Source of the DNA: Candidatus Krumholzibacteriota bacterium
GTDB lineage: Bacteria; Krumholzibacteriota; Krumholzibacteriia; JAJRXK01
DNA length: 64,000 bases
Reading direction: 5' to 3'
Assembly: GCA_963806035.1 (NCBI GenBank)
Contig: CAWDWO010000009.1
Span: 1-64,000, forward strand
Each line of letters starts with the position of its first letter. Position 1 is the first letter of the stretch. The position numbers were made by a program, and so were the translations under genes. Positions 39,165-48,680 of this stretch are shown in pieces. The notes below the pieces were generated by a model. The model had not been told where the DNA came from and made no database searches. It worked only from the letters and a program-made list of their open reading frames with translations.

Positions 39165-40031
39165 GTGCCGAATCAAGAGTCCCCTCTTTTGCGAGCCCAC
39201 GAGCTCTTGCGCCAGAGCGGTCTGCCCCCGCTACAGATCCAAAACGCGGGTCGTGGCAGCAACCACCATCTCTTCATCGTGGAGCTGGACGAAGGGCCTT
39301 TGCAACTTCTGCGCATGCCCGTCGATTCCGAGGCGGGACCGCGGCTGCGCAGCGAGGAAGAGGCGATTCGCCGCGCCTCGGGGACCGTCCCCGTGCCTCA
39401 TCCCACCCTTCTCATCCCCTCCCTGCACCGTCCCAAAGCCTGTATCCAGCCGATCATCGAGGGAACCCGGGCCCAGGATCTGCGTGCGCATGACACGAAT
39501 GCGCGACGGGTCGATCTTCTCTGCCGGCTCTTGGGGCGGGAGCTCGCTCACCTGCACCGCATCGAGTTTCCCATGCACGAACCCACCTTCATCCCCTTCT
39601 TGAGCCCCAGCTTCGTGACGGGGAACGAACGCCTGCTCCATGGAGATGCTCATCTGGGAAATCTCATGGTGCAAACCGACGCCAAGGAAAACGTACGGGT
39701 CTCCGGGCTCATCGACTGGAGCTTCTGTCACTGGGGTCCGCCGGAAAGCGATCTGGTGGAAATGGCGATCACCGAAGGAGAGCCACGCCCCGCGCTCGGC
39801 CGGGCATTCTACGAGGCCTATCTGGAAAGTGGTGGGCTCGAACCGCGCGAGCACGTCTTCAAGTGGGCTCTGGTGCGCGAGCTGGAGAGAAGACTCGCGG
39901 CGCATGCGCAGGCCTACGAGCAGACCCCGCGCGACGCCTGGACGCGCTGGCTGGACGCTCTGCACCGTCCGGGAGCCCGTGCCCTTCAGGTTTTTTCTTT
40001 GGGCCGCCCCTCCGGGGGCGACCTGGTCTAG
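39165..40031 (+). CDS. Aminoglycoside phosphotransferase/choline kinase-like phosphotransferase
   Basis: 'LAHLHRI', Brenner motif 'LHGDAHLGN', 'LIDW'. Confidence 0.82.
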   Translation: MPNQESPLLRAHELLRQSGLPPLQIQNAGRGSNHHLFIVELDEGPLQLLRMPVDSEAGPRLRSEEEAIRRASGTVPVPHPTLLIPSLHRPKACIQPIIEGTRAQDLRAHDTNARRVDLLCRLLGRELAHLHRIEFPMHEPTFIPFLSPSFVTGNERLLHGDAHLGNLMVQTDAKENVRVSGLIDWSFCHWGPPESDLVEMAITEGEPRPALGRAFYEAYLESGGLEPREHVFKWALVRELERRLAAHAQAYEQTPRDAWTRWLDALHRPGARALQVFSLGRPSGGDLV

Positions 40032-40108
40032 CCTCGGACTGGTCTAGCCTCGGACTACTCTAGCTTCGGACTACTGCTGGCCTCGGACTACTGCAGCCTC
40101 GGACTGCT
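40023..40108. repeat. 5 x ~16-bp progressively degenerate tandem repeat beginning in the kinase stop region
   Basis: ctggtctagcctcgga twice, ctactctagcttcgga, ctactgctggcctcgga, ctactgcagcctcgga. Confidence 0.9.
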
Positions 40109-40114
40109 CCAAGC

Positions 40115-41815
40115 TCAGAGCCTGGGGTGCTTCAGGTTCCAGCCGCTGGCGCGTTGGTAGGCCGTGGCCAAAGCCACGATCGCCCCCTCCTCGTAATTGC
40201 GTCCCACGAAGGTGAAACTGAAGGGGGTCCCGTCACTCTTGAAACCGTTGGGCACGACCACGCAGGGATTGCCGGTGAGATTGGTGTCCAGGAGACTGCG
40301 GCCGGCAAAGCTCGGGCACACATAGCCGTCCAGATCCTCGAGCATCGTCTGGTAGCGTTCCTGCAGGAGAGTGCGCGCCCGTTGCGCCTGCAGATACTGC
40401 ACGCCCGACACGAGCTGCGCGGCACGGAAAACATTGGGCCAGGCATCTTCGGCCTGCCGCACCATTTCGTCGTCGCGATTGTTCCGGGTGAGCTCGTCGA
40501 AGGCCGCCGCCGCTTCCACCTCCAGCACCACCAGCATCTTGGCCACGGGTAGATCCGGCAATTCGATGGGAGTGAGTTCGACCCCCAGCCGAGCGAGCAC
40601 TGCGAGCGCATCCTGGTCGAGCTTCTTGTTCTCGTACTCGCTTTCGAACGCGGCCTTGTTGTAGCCGAAGCGCAGCTCCTTCAACTCGTCGAGCGAAGGC
40701 TGACGCCACGGTGCACTGACCGCGTCCTTGTCCTTGCCGTCGGCGCCATGGATGGCGGAGACCACCAGCGCGGCGTCCTCCGCGTAGCGGCATAGCGCTC
40801 CGATCTTGTCCATGGTCCACGAGAGCGCCATGCAGCCGGTGCGAGGGACGCGACCGAAGGTGGGACGCAGCCCGGTCGCGCCACAGCGCGAGGCAGGGGA
40901 GACGATCGAACCGAGAGTCTCCGTCCCCAACGCGAAGGGCAGGCCCCCCGCCGCCACCGCGGCCGCGCTCCCGGCCGACGAACCGCTGCTTCCCTGCTCC
41001 AGGTTCCAGGGGTTCTTGGTCGTTCCACCGAACCACACGTCGCCCCAGGCCAGCGCGCCCACGCTGGTCTTGGCGATGAGCACCGCCCCCGCCGCGTCCA
41101 GGCGCTTCACCACTTCGGCGTCCTCATCGAGGATCTGTTCGCGATAGGGCGCACAGCCCCAGGTGGTCGGATAGCCCTTCACCGCCAAGAGATCTTTCGC
41201 TCCCCAGGGGATACCGTGCAGGGGACCCCGATAGTGACCGGCCGCGATTTCCTCGTCGGCCTTGGCCGCCTGCTCCATCGCTCGCTCCTGCGTGAAGGTG
41301 ATCACGCACAGCAGTTTTTCGTTCAGCTTGCGCAGGCGATCCAGAAAGAAGCGGGTCAACTCCACACTGGTGAGCTTACGAGTTTGCAGAAGGTGTGAGA
41401 GCTCGAAGAGGGAAGCGTAAGCCAGCTTCTCGGGCAATGGACGCGCGAGGGAGGCATTCGAATCGTAGGGATCGAGTGCTTTCGAGATGGCGGCATAGTC
41501 GGGCGGTTCCGGGAAGGGTACGCGCGACACCGCCTGCCGGCTCAGAGGAAAGAAGCTCGTGGCGGGCTGCACCTCGTTGGCGAGATGGAGTTTCTCCACC
41601 GCCTTCAAATCATTCAGATGTTCCTGCACGCTCTTGAGCATCAGCTCGCGCTCGGACTCGCTGAACTGAAGCCCCGCCAGACGCTCGGCGCTGGCAATGG
41701 TGTTCAGGTCGATCTCGGAATCTTGCGCCTGAAGCAGCTGAGGCATGAGTGCGAGTACGATGGAGGAGGCAGCGGCACTGCCCAAGAAACGACGGCGGTC
41801 CAAAGTTTTGCTCAT
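40115..41815 (-). CDS. Amidase signature family enzyme with Tat signal peptide
   Basis: 'DRRRFL' twin-arginine signal; 'GPLHGIPWGAKDL', 'GSSGSSAGS', 'GTETLGSI.SP'. Confidence 0.92.
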   Translation of the reverse strand: MSKTLDRRRFLGSAAASSIVLALMPQLLQAQDSEIDLNTIASAERLAGLQFSESERELMLKSVQEHLNDLKAVEKLHLANEVQPATSFFPLSRQAVSRVPFPEPPDYAAISKALDPYDSNASLARPLPEKLAYASLFELSHLLQTRKLTSVELTRFFLDRLRKLNEKLLCVITFTQERAMEQAAKADEEIAAGHYRGPLHGIPWGAKDLLAVKGYPTTWGCAPYREQILDEDAEVVKRLDAAGAVLIAKTSVGALAWGDVWFGGTTKNPWNLEQGSSGSSAGSAAAVAAGGLPFALGTETLGSIVSPASRCGATGLRPTFGRVPRTGCMALSWTMDKIGALCRYAEDAALVVSAIHGADGKDKDAVSAPWRQPSLDELKELRFGYNKAAFESEYENKKLDQDALAVLARLGVELTPIELPDLPVAKMLVVLEVEAAAAFDELTRNNRDDEMVRQAEDAWPNVFRAAQLVSGVQYLQAQRARTLLQERYQTMLEDLDGYVCPSFAGRSLLDTNLTGNPCVVVPNGFKSDGTPFSFTFVGRNYEEGAIVALATAYQRASGWNLKHPRL

Positions 41816-41985
41816 GGCGAAGTACTCCCCTCTGATAGGACCTTGCCAGTATCCCCCATGATCCCCGTCGTAGTCGCGGATGAAATCTCCCGGACTCGAC
41901 GAAGGGCGAATTTGCGCCTATCCTGGGCTGCAATCTCGCGACGGAAGGCCACGGAGCTCGGATCTGTCGCCTGGAAAGAGGGGCC

Positions 41986-42882
41986 ATGGCTCAGGAACGC
42001 CGCTATGTGAAGAGAGAGGGCGCACCCCTCATGACCACGACTCTGTGGGATTACCGCTCGCAGAACTATCCCGGAAGCCGTCAGGGAAATCCCGACTTCG
42101 CCGGAGCCACTCCCAGCTACATCATCTGGAACCTGCTACAGCGCTACACGCAGCCCAAGTGGCTCGTGGTGGATCCCATGGCGGGAAGCGGAACCACCCT
42201 GGACGTGGCCCGTGATCTCTCGCGCCGCGCTCTGGGTTACGACCTGAATCCCACGCGCAAGGATATTTTCCGCGCCGACGCCAGGCACCTGCCCCTGGAA
42301 TCGGGGAAAGCGGATTTCGTCTTCGTGGACCCCCCCTATTCCACGCACTTGAAGTACAGCGAAGAGGAGGAGTGTATCGGGGAACTCGATGCTCGAGTGG
42401 GGCCCGAGTACTTCTCCGCCATGGAGAGCGTGATCGCGGAGGTCCACCGGATTCTGCGCCGCGATCGCTACCTGGCGCTCTACGTGAGCGACTCCGCGCG
42501 CAAGGGGAAGAGCTTCGTCCCGCTCGGCTTCGAGCTCTTCCACCGTCTGAGACGACACTTCACCCCGGTGGATATCGTGGCCGTGGTTCGCCACAACCGC
42601 ACTCTCAAACGCGACCACTGGCACGAGAGCGCGGCCGAAGGCGGCTATTTTCTGCGGGGCTTCAATTACCTCCTCATCATGAAGAAGGAGATCGGCGCGA
42701 AGAAGGCGACGAGTGGCGTGGGACGCAGTTCGAGCAAAGCCGGTCCAAGCAAGCACCGCGCGAGCAAGCGGCGCCCCAAGAATGCCGCGACCAAACCGCG
42801 CGCCAAGCCGGTCGCCAATTCGCGATCCAAGTCACCGTCCAAGTCGCAACCCAAATCTCGATCCAAGACGCCGAAATCCTAG
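41986..42882 (+). CDS. Orphan N4/N6 amino-methyltransferase with basic low-complexity tail
   Basis: SAM motif 'DPMAGSGTT' preceding catalytic 'DPPY'; K/S/R-rich C-terminus. Confidence 0.82.
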   Translation: MAQERRYVKREGAPLMTTTLWDYRSQNYPGSRQGNPDFAGATPSYIIWNLLQRYTQPKWLVVDPMAGSGTTLDVARDLSRRALGYDLNPTRKDIFRADARHLPLESGKADFVFVDPPYSTHLKYSEEEECIGELDARVGPEYFSAMESVIAEVHRILRRDRYLALYVSDSARKGKSFVPLGFELFHRLRRHFTPVDIVAVVRHNRTLKRDHWHESAAEGGYFLRGFNYLLIMKKEIGAKKATSGVGRSSSKAGPSKHRASKRRPKNAATKPRAKPVANSRSKSPSKSQPKSRSKTPKS

Positions 42883-42899
42883 ACCACGGGAGATCCGCA

Positions 42900-43472
42900 T
42901 TGAGTCTCACACCCTGGAACATCCACCGCGACGAAACCCTGGCCGACATGGGCATCTTCGAGCTGCATTCGGTGCGCGCGGAAAATCCGCGTACCGGCAA
43001 GCTGCGTGATCTCGCGCTCGTCTCCACCCGCGACTGGGTGAACGTGGTTCCGCTCACTGCGGATCGCGAAGTGGTGCTGGTCAGACAGTGGCGTCACGGA
43101 ACGCGTTCGATGACCCTGGAGATTCCCGGCGGCCTCATCGACCCCGGCGAGGAACCAAAGACGGCGGCGGCGCGCGAGGTGCGCGAGGAGACTGGATATG
43201 CCGGAGCAGAACCCGCGCAATTGGGCGTGGTCCAACCCAATCCCGCGTTCTTGAACAACCTCTGTTACACCTATCTCATCGAGGGCTGTGAGGAGGTGGG
43301 CGAGCTGCAACTGGATGAGGGTGAGGATATCGAGGTCGTCCGCGTTCCTCTGTCCGAGATCCCTGGACTCGTCGCCGAGGGGACGATTCAGCACGCCCTG
43401 GTGATCTGCGGGTTCTACTGGCTCCGGCGCAAGCGCCCCGAACTCTTCGACGGCCGCGGTGAAATCAGCTGA
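42900..43472 (+). CDS. NUDIX hydrolase (ADP-ribose pyrophosphatase-like)
   Basis: Nudix box 'GLIDPGEEPKTAAAREVREETGY'; TTG start at 42900 after GGGAG. Confidence 0.9.
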   Translation: MSLTPWNIHRDETLADMGIFELHSVRAENPRTGKLRDLALVSTRDWVNVVPLTADREVVLVRQWRHGTRSMTLEIPGGLIDPGEEPKTAAAREVREETGYAGAEPAQLGVVQPNPAFLNNLCYTYLIEGCEEVGELQLDEGEDIEVVRVPLSEIPGLVAEGTIQHALVICGFYWLRRKRPELFDGRGEIS

Positions 43473-43920
43473 TCCGCGTGGCGAAGATGTAGAGCAGAGC
43501 CAGGGCGGCAAAAAGCGCCACTCCTCCGAGAAGCATGATCGCGGGTTGCAGAGGCCGCTGCTCGTCGCCCGACGCGCGAGCGATGATCAGGGCCGCCACC
43601 ACGACGACCACCGAGATGATCACCACCGCCAAAGGCAACATCTGCTGCGCGTGGGGAATCACGCCACTCTGCACCCCGAACACGGCCAGGCCGACGAGCA
43701 GAATCGCGGTGACCATGAGGGCGATGGCAACCGCCCCCCAGTTCGCGCGAGGATTGGACCGCGTCGAAACGCTCGTCAGGCGGAGAGCCGTCCACACCTC
43801 GCGTTCGTTCACTTCGGGATGCTTTTCCCTGAAGTCCTGGATCTGGGCGATGAGCTTCTGGGCGAGTTCCCGTGCGCGCGGGGACGCGGGGGGCAGGGCA
43901 GCGGGTGGGATGAAGGTCAT
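43465..43920 (-). CDS. Hypothetical membrane protein (3 TM)
   Basis: GGAGG RBS before ATG 43920; three hydrophobic segments. Confidence 0.65.
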   Translation of the reverse strand: MTFIPPAALPPASPRARELAQKLIAQIQDFREKHPEVNEREVWTALRLTSVSTRSNPRANWGAVAIALMVTAILLVGLAVFGVQSGVIPHAQQMLPLAVVIISVVVVVAALIIARASGDEQRPLQPAIMLLGGVALFAALALLYIFATRIS

Positions 43921-43988
43921 GACCGGCACCTCCCGGGCCAAGGGTCCATGTTTGACCTTAGATCAACCCGCAAAAATGGCAACTGGGA

Positions 43989-45524
43989 CTACGGCGCCTT
44001 CACCGCTCCCAAGTCCCATGCCGTGCCCGAGCGCGTCTGCTGCAGGATGTCCCAACCGCGATCGGTCACGCCGGGATCCCAGTTGGGGTGCTGTGCATAG
44101 CTGAACGCCGCAATTCCCGCGCCCTTGGCGGGCGATTGCGCGGAGAGCGCGAAGTCGCGCGCGATCTCGAGCACTCGGTCGCTGCGCAGGACCGCGGTGC
44201 TGGGGATCCGCGGCGCGCTCAGACCCGCGGCCGCGCCGACGACACCGTGCGCTTCGGAGCTCAGATCCAGGTCACTCGTCGCGACGTTACCGTCGCTGAG
44301 ATTGTAGTCGTGGCTCACGCCGCCGGCGCCTCCCTCGCGCACCCAGATCAGGCGTCCGTCGCCGGAGGCCGCGGGCTGATTGGACTGGAAGATGTTGTTG
44401 AAGATCCAGGTATTGCCGACCGGCACGCGATTTCCGCGCAGTTCGAGGACTGCTCGCAGCTTGGAGCCGCTGTTACCCCAGAAGGTGTTGTTGTAGACCC
44501 AAACGTCGTCGCTGTTCATCACCGCCAGAGCCGCGTCGCCCTTGCATCCGACGAAGATGTTGTTGCGCACGATGGCGCCACGCACCACGTGCTGCGTTGG
44601 GTCGGGGATCCCCGCTTCCTCGGTCCCGATTCCCACCGCCGCGTTCCCGCAACCACCTCCCGCCGAGGGGCCGAAGACGTTGTTCTCGTAGAGGACGTTC
44701 TCGCAGTTGATCTTGGAGTACAGGAGCCAGTCGCCGCCATGGTCCGCGGTGTGGAAGAGCCAGCAGCCCCTGATCACCACATTGCGAATCTCCGCGTCGC
44801 TCGTCCCATTCAAGCCCCTGCCGAAGATGTCGATGTTCTCCTGGTACCACGCGCCGTTGCCGCAGGGGTCGATCGAGGGGTCGCGTTGCCCCGGATTGAA
44901 GGCCACCACGTTCTCGATCAAGAGGCCGTCGACCGCGCCCGAGACCTTGATGACATCACAGTCGTTGGGCGCGTCGTAGATCACGCAGTTCTGGATCTCA
45001 CAGCCGCTCGCGTCCAGCACGCGCACCAGACCATCGCCCTGGGGCCCCTGGTTCCAGTCGCCCCGGATCTCGAAGCCATCGATGGCCGCCCCCTGAACCT
45101 GCTCCAAGCGCACCGCGCTGCGGTCTTTCGAGTAGATGGACGCGGCCAGCGGACCGTCGGCGGAGATGACGCGCACCCCCGATTTCATATAGATGAAGCT
45201 CTCGTCGTACTCGCCGGCCTTCACCAGGACCGCCATCCCGGCCGCGCTCTGATTCACTCCCTTTTGGATGGTACGGCAGGGATGATCGGGATCGCCGCAG
45301 TCCGAAGTGTCGCTCCCGTTGACGGAGACGTAGATCGCGGGCCCGGTCCAGTCATTGCCGCCGCTTCCCGAACCGCCGCCGCCGGGGTTGGGGTCCACGG
45401 TGGGGATGTCGAGATCGGGCGAAGTGGTCGTGGGCGTGGTCTGATTGCCGCAGGCGATCAGGGCCGAGAGCGAGAGGGCGAAGACGAGCGAGAACATGAG
45501 ATACGTATGGGTACGAGTGGTCAT
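43989..45524 (-). CDS. Lipoprotein with right-handed beta-helix (pectin lyase-like) domain
   Basis: Lipobox LIAC; T/P/G linker; 'IYVSVNGSD..PCRTIQKG..VLVKAGEY'; 'NN.F' repeats; tail 'WDLGA'. Confidence 0.82.
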   Translation of the reverse strand: MTTRTHTYLMFSLVFALSLSALIACGNQTTPTTTSPDLDIPTVDPNPGGGGSGSGGNDWTGPAIYVSVNGSDTSDCGDPDHPCRTIQKGVNQSAAGMAVLVKAGEYDESFIYMKSGVRVISADGPLAASIYSKDRSAVRLEQVQGAAIDGFEIRGDWNQGPQGDGLVRVLDASGCEIQNCVIYDAPNDCDVIKVSGAVDGLLIENVVAFNPGQRDPSIDPCGNGAWYQENIDIFGRGLNGTSDAEIRNVVIRGCWLFHTADHGGDWLLYSKINCENVLYENNVFGPSAGGGCGNAAVGIGTEEAGIPDPTQHVVRGAIVRNNIFVGCKGDAALAVMNSDDVWVYNNTFWGNSGSKLRAVLELRGNRVPVGNTWIFNNIFQSNQPAASGDGRLIWVREGGAGGVSHDYNLSDGNVATSDLDLSSEAHGVVGAAAGLSAPRIPSTAVLRSDRVLEIARDFALSAQSPAKGAGIAAFSYAQHPNWDPGVTDRGWDILQQTRSGTAWDLGAVKAP

Positions 45525-45617
45525 CGTGCACCGTCACGGAGAGGAAGATACGCAGCAGGAAATTTCCGCGACAGTCAAGACAGCACGATTGATGCCATTT
45601 GCGAGCCTGGGGTGCGG

Positions 45618-47108
45618 TCAGCCCCCGAGCAACCAGTGCATCGAGGCGTCCGCGAAGGCCTTCACCGGGCTCCAGTAGAGCCCCAGCACCAGGGTCGGCA
45701 CGGCGAGAACCACCAGAAGCACCATGTGAACCGGCGAAAGCCCCAGGCCCCCCTCGTCTTCAGAATGCTCGAAGAACATGGCTTTGGCGATGCGCATGTA
45801 GTAGTAGAGGCTGATCACGCTGTTGAGGACCGCGATGAACGCCAACCAGCCCATCTGCCCGTCGATCGCCGCCGCGAAGAGGTAGAATTTGGCGATGAAT
45901 CCGAAGGTGGGCGGAATTCCCGCGAGCGAAAGCAAGAAGACCACCATGATGACCGCGAGCAGGGGCTCGCGGAAGCCGATGCCCCGGTACTCGTCGATGT
46001 CCTCGCTGCCCAGGCGGTTGTTGAGCGCGATCACGACCAGGAAGGCGCCCAGATTCATGATGGCGTAGGCGATGAGGTAGAACAGGATGGCGGACAGGCC
46101 GGCCTCGCTCAAGAGCACGAAGCCGATGAGCAAGTAGCCGACGTGCGCGATGGAGGAATAGGCCAGAAGCCTCTTCACGTTCCTCTGACGAATCGCGGCC
46201 AGGTTTCCCCAGGTCATGGTGATCACGCTCAAGAACGCCAGCAGCCATGGCCACTGGATACTCGAGAGCGCCGCCATGGTGCCCGCGCCGTCCGATTGCA
46301 CCAGAGCGGTGTAGAAGAAGCGAATGAGGAGAGCGAAGCCGGCCGCCTTGGGTCCGGCCGCGAAGATCGCGGCCACCGGGGTTGGCGCGCCCTCGTAGAC
46401 GTCCGGCGTCCAGAAGTGGAAGGGCACCGCGGAGATTTTGTACCCGATCCCGGCCAGGATCAAAACGCAAGCGGTGAGGGTAGCCAGTTCGTTGCCCCCG
46501 AACACCAGTCTGTCGTGCAATCCGGTGAAGGACATCGCCCCGCTCAGGCCATAGAGAATGGAGGCGCCGTAGAGCATCAAACCGCTGCTTACCGCGCCCC
46601 AGAGCACGTATTTCAGGGAGGCCTCCGAGGAACGGAGGCTCATGCGGGCGTAGCCGGCCAGAATGTAGCTGGTGATCGAGACCAGCTCGATGGACAGGAC
46701 CAGCATGACGAGGTTGTTGGCCTCGGCCATGACCATCATGCCGAAGCAGAGCACCGCCAGATAGGCGTAGTACTCGCCCTTGTTCTCGCGGTCAGCTCCC
46801 ATGATTTCGCGGCTGCTGAAGCTGAATACGGCCACGATGAGGGTGACGGCCAAAAAGAGCACGCGGAAGAACTGGGCGTAGGGATCGACCACCATCATGG
46901 TCCCCATGATATCGTGCGCCCCGCGCGGCGGATTGGCGACCGCTACCGCGAGCGCCACGACCACGCCCAGAATGAGAACGCTCAGCGTCGCTCCATGACG
47001 GCGTTCACGCGTCAACAAATCCGTCAGCAAGCAGGCCACGAAGGTCAGGGCCATGATTGCCTCGGGCCAGAAGAACGCCGCGTCAGACCAGTTGAAACTC
47101 ACCGTCAT
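45618..47108 (-). CDS. nuoN: NADH-quinone oxidoreductase subunit N
   Basis: 'EASLKY', 'YKISAVPFHFWTPDVYEGAPTP', 'KRLLAYSSIAH'. Confidence 0.95.
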   Translation of the reverse strand: MTVSFNWSDAAFFWPEAIMALTFVACLLTDLLTRERRHGATLSVLILGVVVALAVAVANPPRGAHDIMGTMMVVDPYAQFFRVLFLAVTLIVAVFSFSSREIMGADRENKGEYYAYLAVLCFGMMVMAEANNLVMLVLSIELVSITSYILAGYARMSLRSSEASLKYVLWGAVSSGLMLYGASILYGLSGAMSFTGLHDRLVFGGNELATLTACVLILAGIGYKISAVPFHFWTPDVYEGAPTPVAAIFAAGPKAAGFALLIRFFYTALVQSDGAGTMAALSSIQWPWLLAFLSVITMTWGNLAAIRQRNVKRLLAYSSIAHVGYLLIGFVLLSEAGLSAILFYLIAYAIMNLGAFLVVIALNNRLGSEDIDEYRGIGFREPLLAVIMVVFLLSLAGIPPTFGFIAKFYLFAAAIDGQMGWLAFIAVLNSVISLYYYMRIAKAMFFEHSEDEGGLGLSPVHMVLLVVLAVPTLVLGLYWSPVKAFADASMHWLLGG

Positions 47109-47111
47109 CTC

Positions 47112-48623
47112 CTAGCCGGGGATCATCCCGATGAGGGTGATGAGCGAAGTCTTGACCATGTTGATGAAGGGCGCCGGATAGACTCCGATGAAGATCACGA
47201 TGGCCGCCAGAGGGATCACCGTGGCCAGCTCGCGAGCGTTGATGTCCGGGATATCGGCGTACTTCTCGTTGAGGGGGCCCAAAAAGACCCTCTGCAACAT
47301 CCACAGCACGTAGGTCGCGCCGATGATGATTCCCACCGCGCTCACCATGGTCACCACGCGGTAGACGGGGAAGGCGCCCAGGAACACCAAGGCCTCGCCC
47401 ACGAAGCCGCTGAGACCCGGCAGGCCCAGAGCCGCGAACAGGGCCAAGCTGAAGACGGTGGTGTAGCGCGGCATCACCGAGCCCAAGCCACCGAAGCCAT
47501 TGATCTCGCGATGATGGGCGCGATCGTAGATGACGCCCACCATGAGGAAGAGCATGGCCGTGATCGTGCCGTGGTTGAACATCTGCAGCATCGCCCCGGT
47601 GATGCCGGCTTCGTTGAACACCGCCATCCCCAAGAGCACGTAGCCCATGTGACTCACCGAGGAATAGGCCACCAGCTTCTTCATGTCCTTCTGCGCCAAG
47701 GCGCAGAAGGCTCCGTAGATGATGTTGATCGCCCCCAGGATGGCCAGGGGCAGGGCGAACCAGCGCACCGCGTCGGGCAGGATGGGAAAGCAGATCCGCA
47801 GCATTCCGTAGGTGCCCATCTTCAGGAGCACCCCGGCGAGGATCACGCTGACCGCGGTGGGCGCCTCGACGTGCGCGTCGGGCAACCATGTGTGGAAGGG
47901 GAAGATCGGCACCTTCACCGCGAATCCGATGAAGAGGAACATGAAGATCAAGTGGCGCACGTTCACGTTCAGAAGCCATGCTCCGTGGTTCACCTGGTTC
48001 ATCATGTAGAGCATGTTGAAGGTGTGCTGCCCGGTGTTGGGATCGCGCACGTTCAGATAGAGCGCGATCATGGCCAAGAGCATCAGCACGGACCCGGCCA
48101 GGGTATACAGGAAGAACTTGATCGCCGCGTACTCGCGACGCGGACCGCCCCAGATGCCGATGAGGAAGTACATCGGGAGCAGCATCACTTCCCAGAACAC
48201 GTAGAAGAGGAAGAAATCGAGCGAGACGAACACTCCCATCATGCCGGTTTCCAACATGAGGAAGAGGGCAAAGTAGCCCTTGGTCGCCTTCTCGATCTTC
48301 CAGCTCGCTCCGATGCACAAGAACGACAGAAGGGCGGTGAGCAGAACCATCGCCACCGAGATGCCGTCCACCCCCACGAAGTAGTCGATGTTGAAGCCAC
48401 GGATCCAGGGGGTCTTCTGCCAGAACTGAATGGCGGAGGTTCCCCGGTCGAAGCTGAACATGAGCTGGATTGCGAGAGCGAGTGGGATGGCAGCGGTCAC
48501 CAAAGCCGTCCATCGATGCGCCGTCTTGTTGTTCGACGGCAACATCACCAGGATGGCCGCGCCCAGAAGCGGCACGAATGTCATCCAGGTCAACAGCGCG
48601 CTGGGGTTCGCGAGTTCGGTCAT
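47112..48623 (-). CDS. nuoM: NADH-quinone oxidoreductase subunit M
   Basis: 'GVDGIS', 'FYVFWE', 'KVPIFPFHTWLPDAHVEAPT', 'LLKMGTYG'. Confidence 0.95.
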   Translation of the reverse strand: MTELANPSALLTWMTFVPLLGAAILVMLPSNNKTAHRWTALVTAAIPLALAIQLMFSFDRGTSAIQFWQKTPWIRGFNIDYFVGVDGISVAMVLLTALLSFLCIGASWKIEKATKGYFALFLMLETGMMGVFVSLDFFLFYVFWEVMLLPMYFLIGIWGGPRREYAAIKFFLYTLAGSVLMLLAMIALYLNVRDPNTGQHTFNMLYMMNQVNHGAWLLNVNVRHLIFMFLFIGFAVKVPIFPFHTWLPDAHVEAPTAVSVILAGVLLKMGTYGMLRICFPILPDAVRWFALPLAILGAINIIYGAFCALAQKDMKKLVAYSSVSHMGYVLLGMAVFNEAGITGAMLQMFNHGTITAMLFLMVGVIYDRAHHREINGFGGLGSVMPRYTTVFSLALFAALGLPGLSGFVGEALVFLGAFPVYRVVTMVSAVGIIIGATYVLWMLQRVFLGPLNEKYADIPDINARELATVIPLAAIVIFIGVYPAPFINMVKTSLITLIGMIPG

Positions 48624-48680
48624 CGGTCGAGTGCTCCTTCATGGGTGGACGGCGCTGCCGTCCGGTTCAGTCGTGCCCCG

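Noticed and set aside
42372..42899. Apparent N-terminal extension of the NUDIX ORF
   Set aside because: Off-frame overlap with the methyltransferase; TTG 42900 has its own RBS
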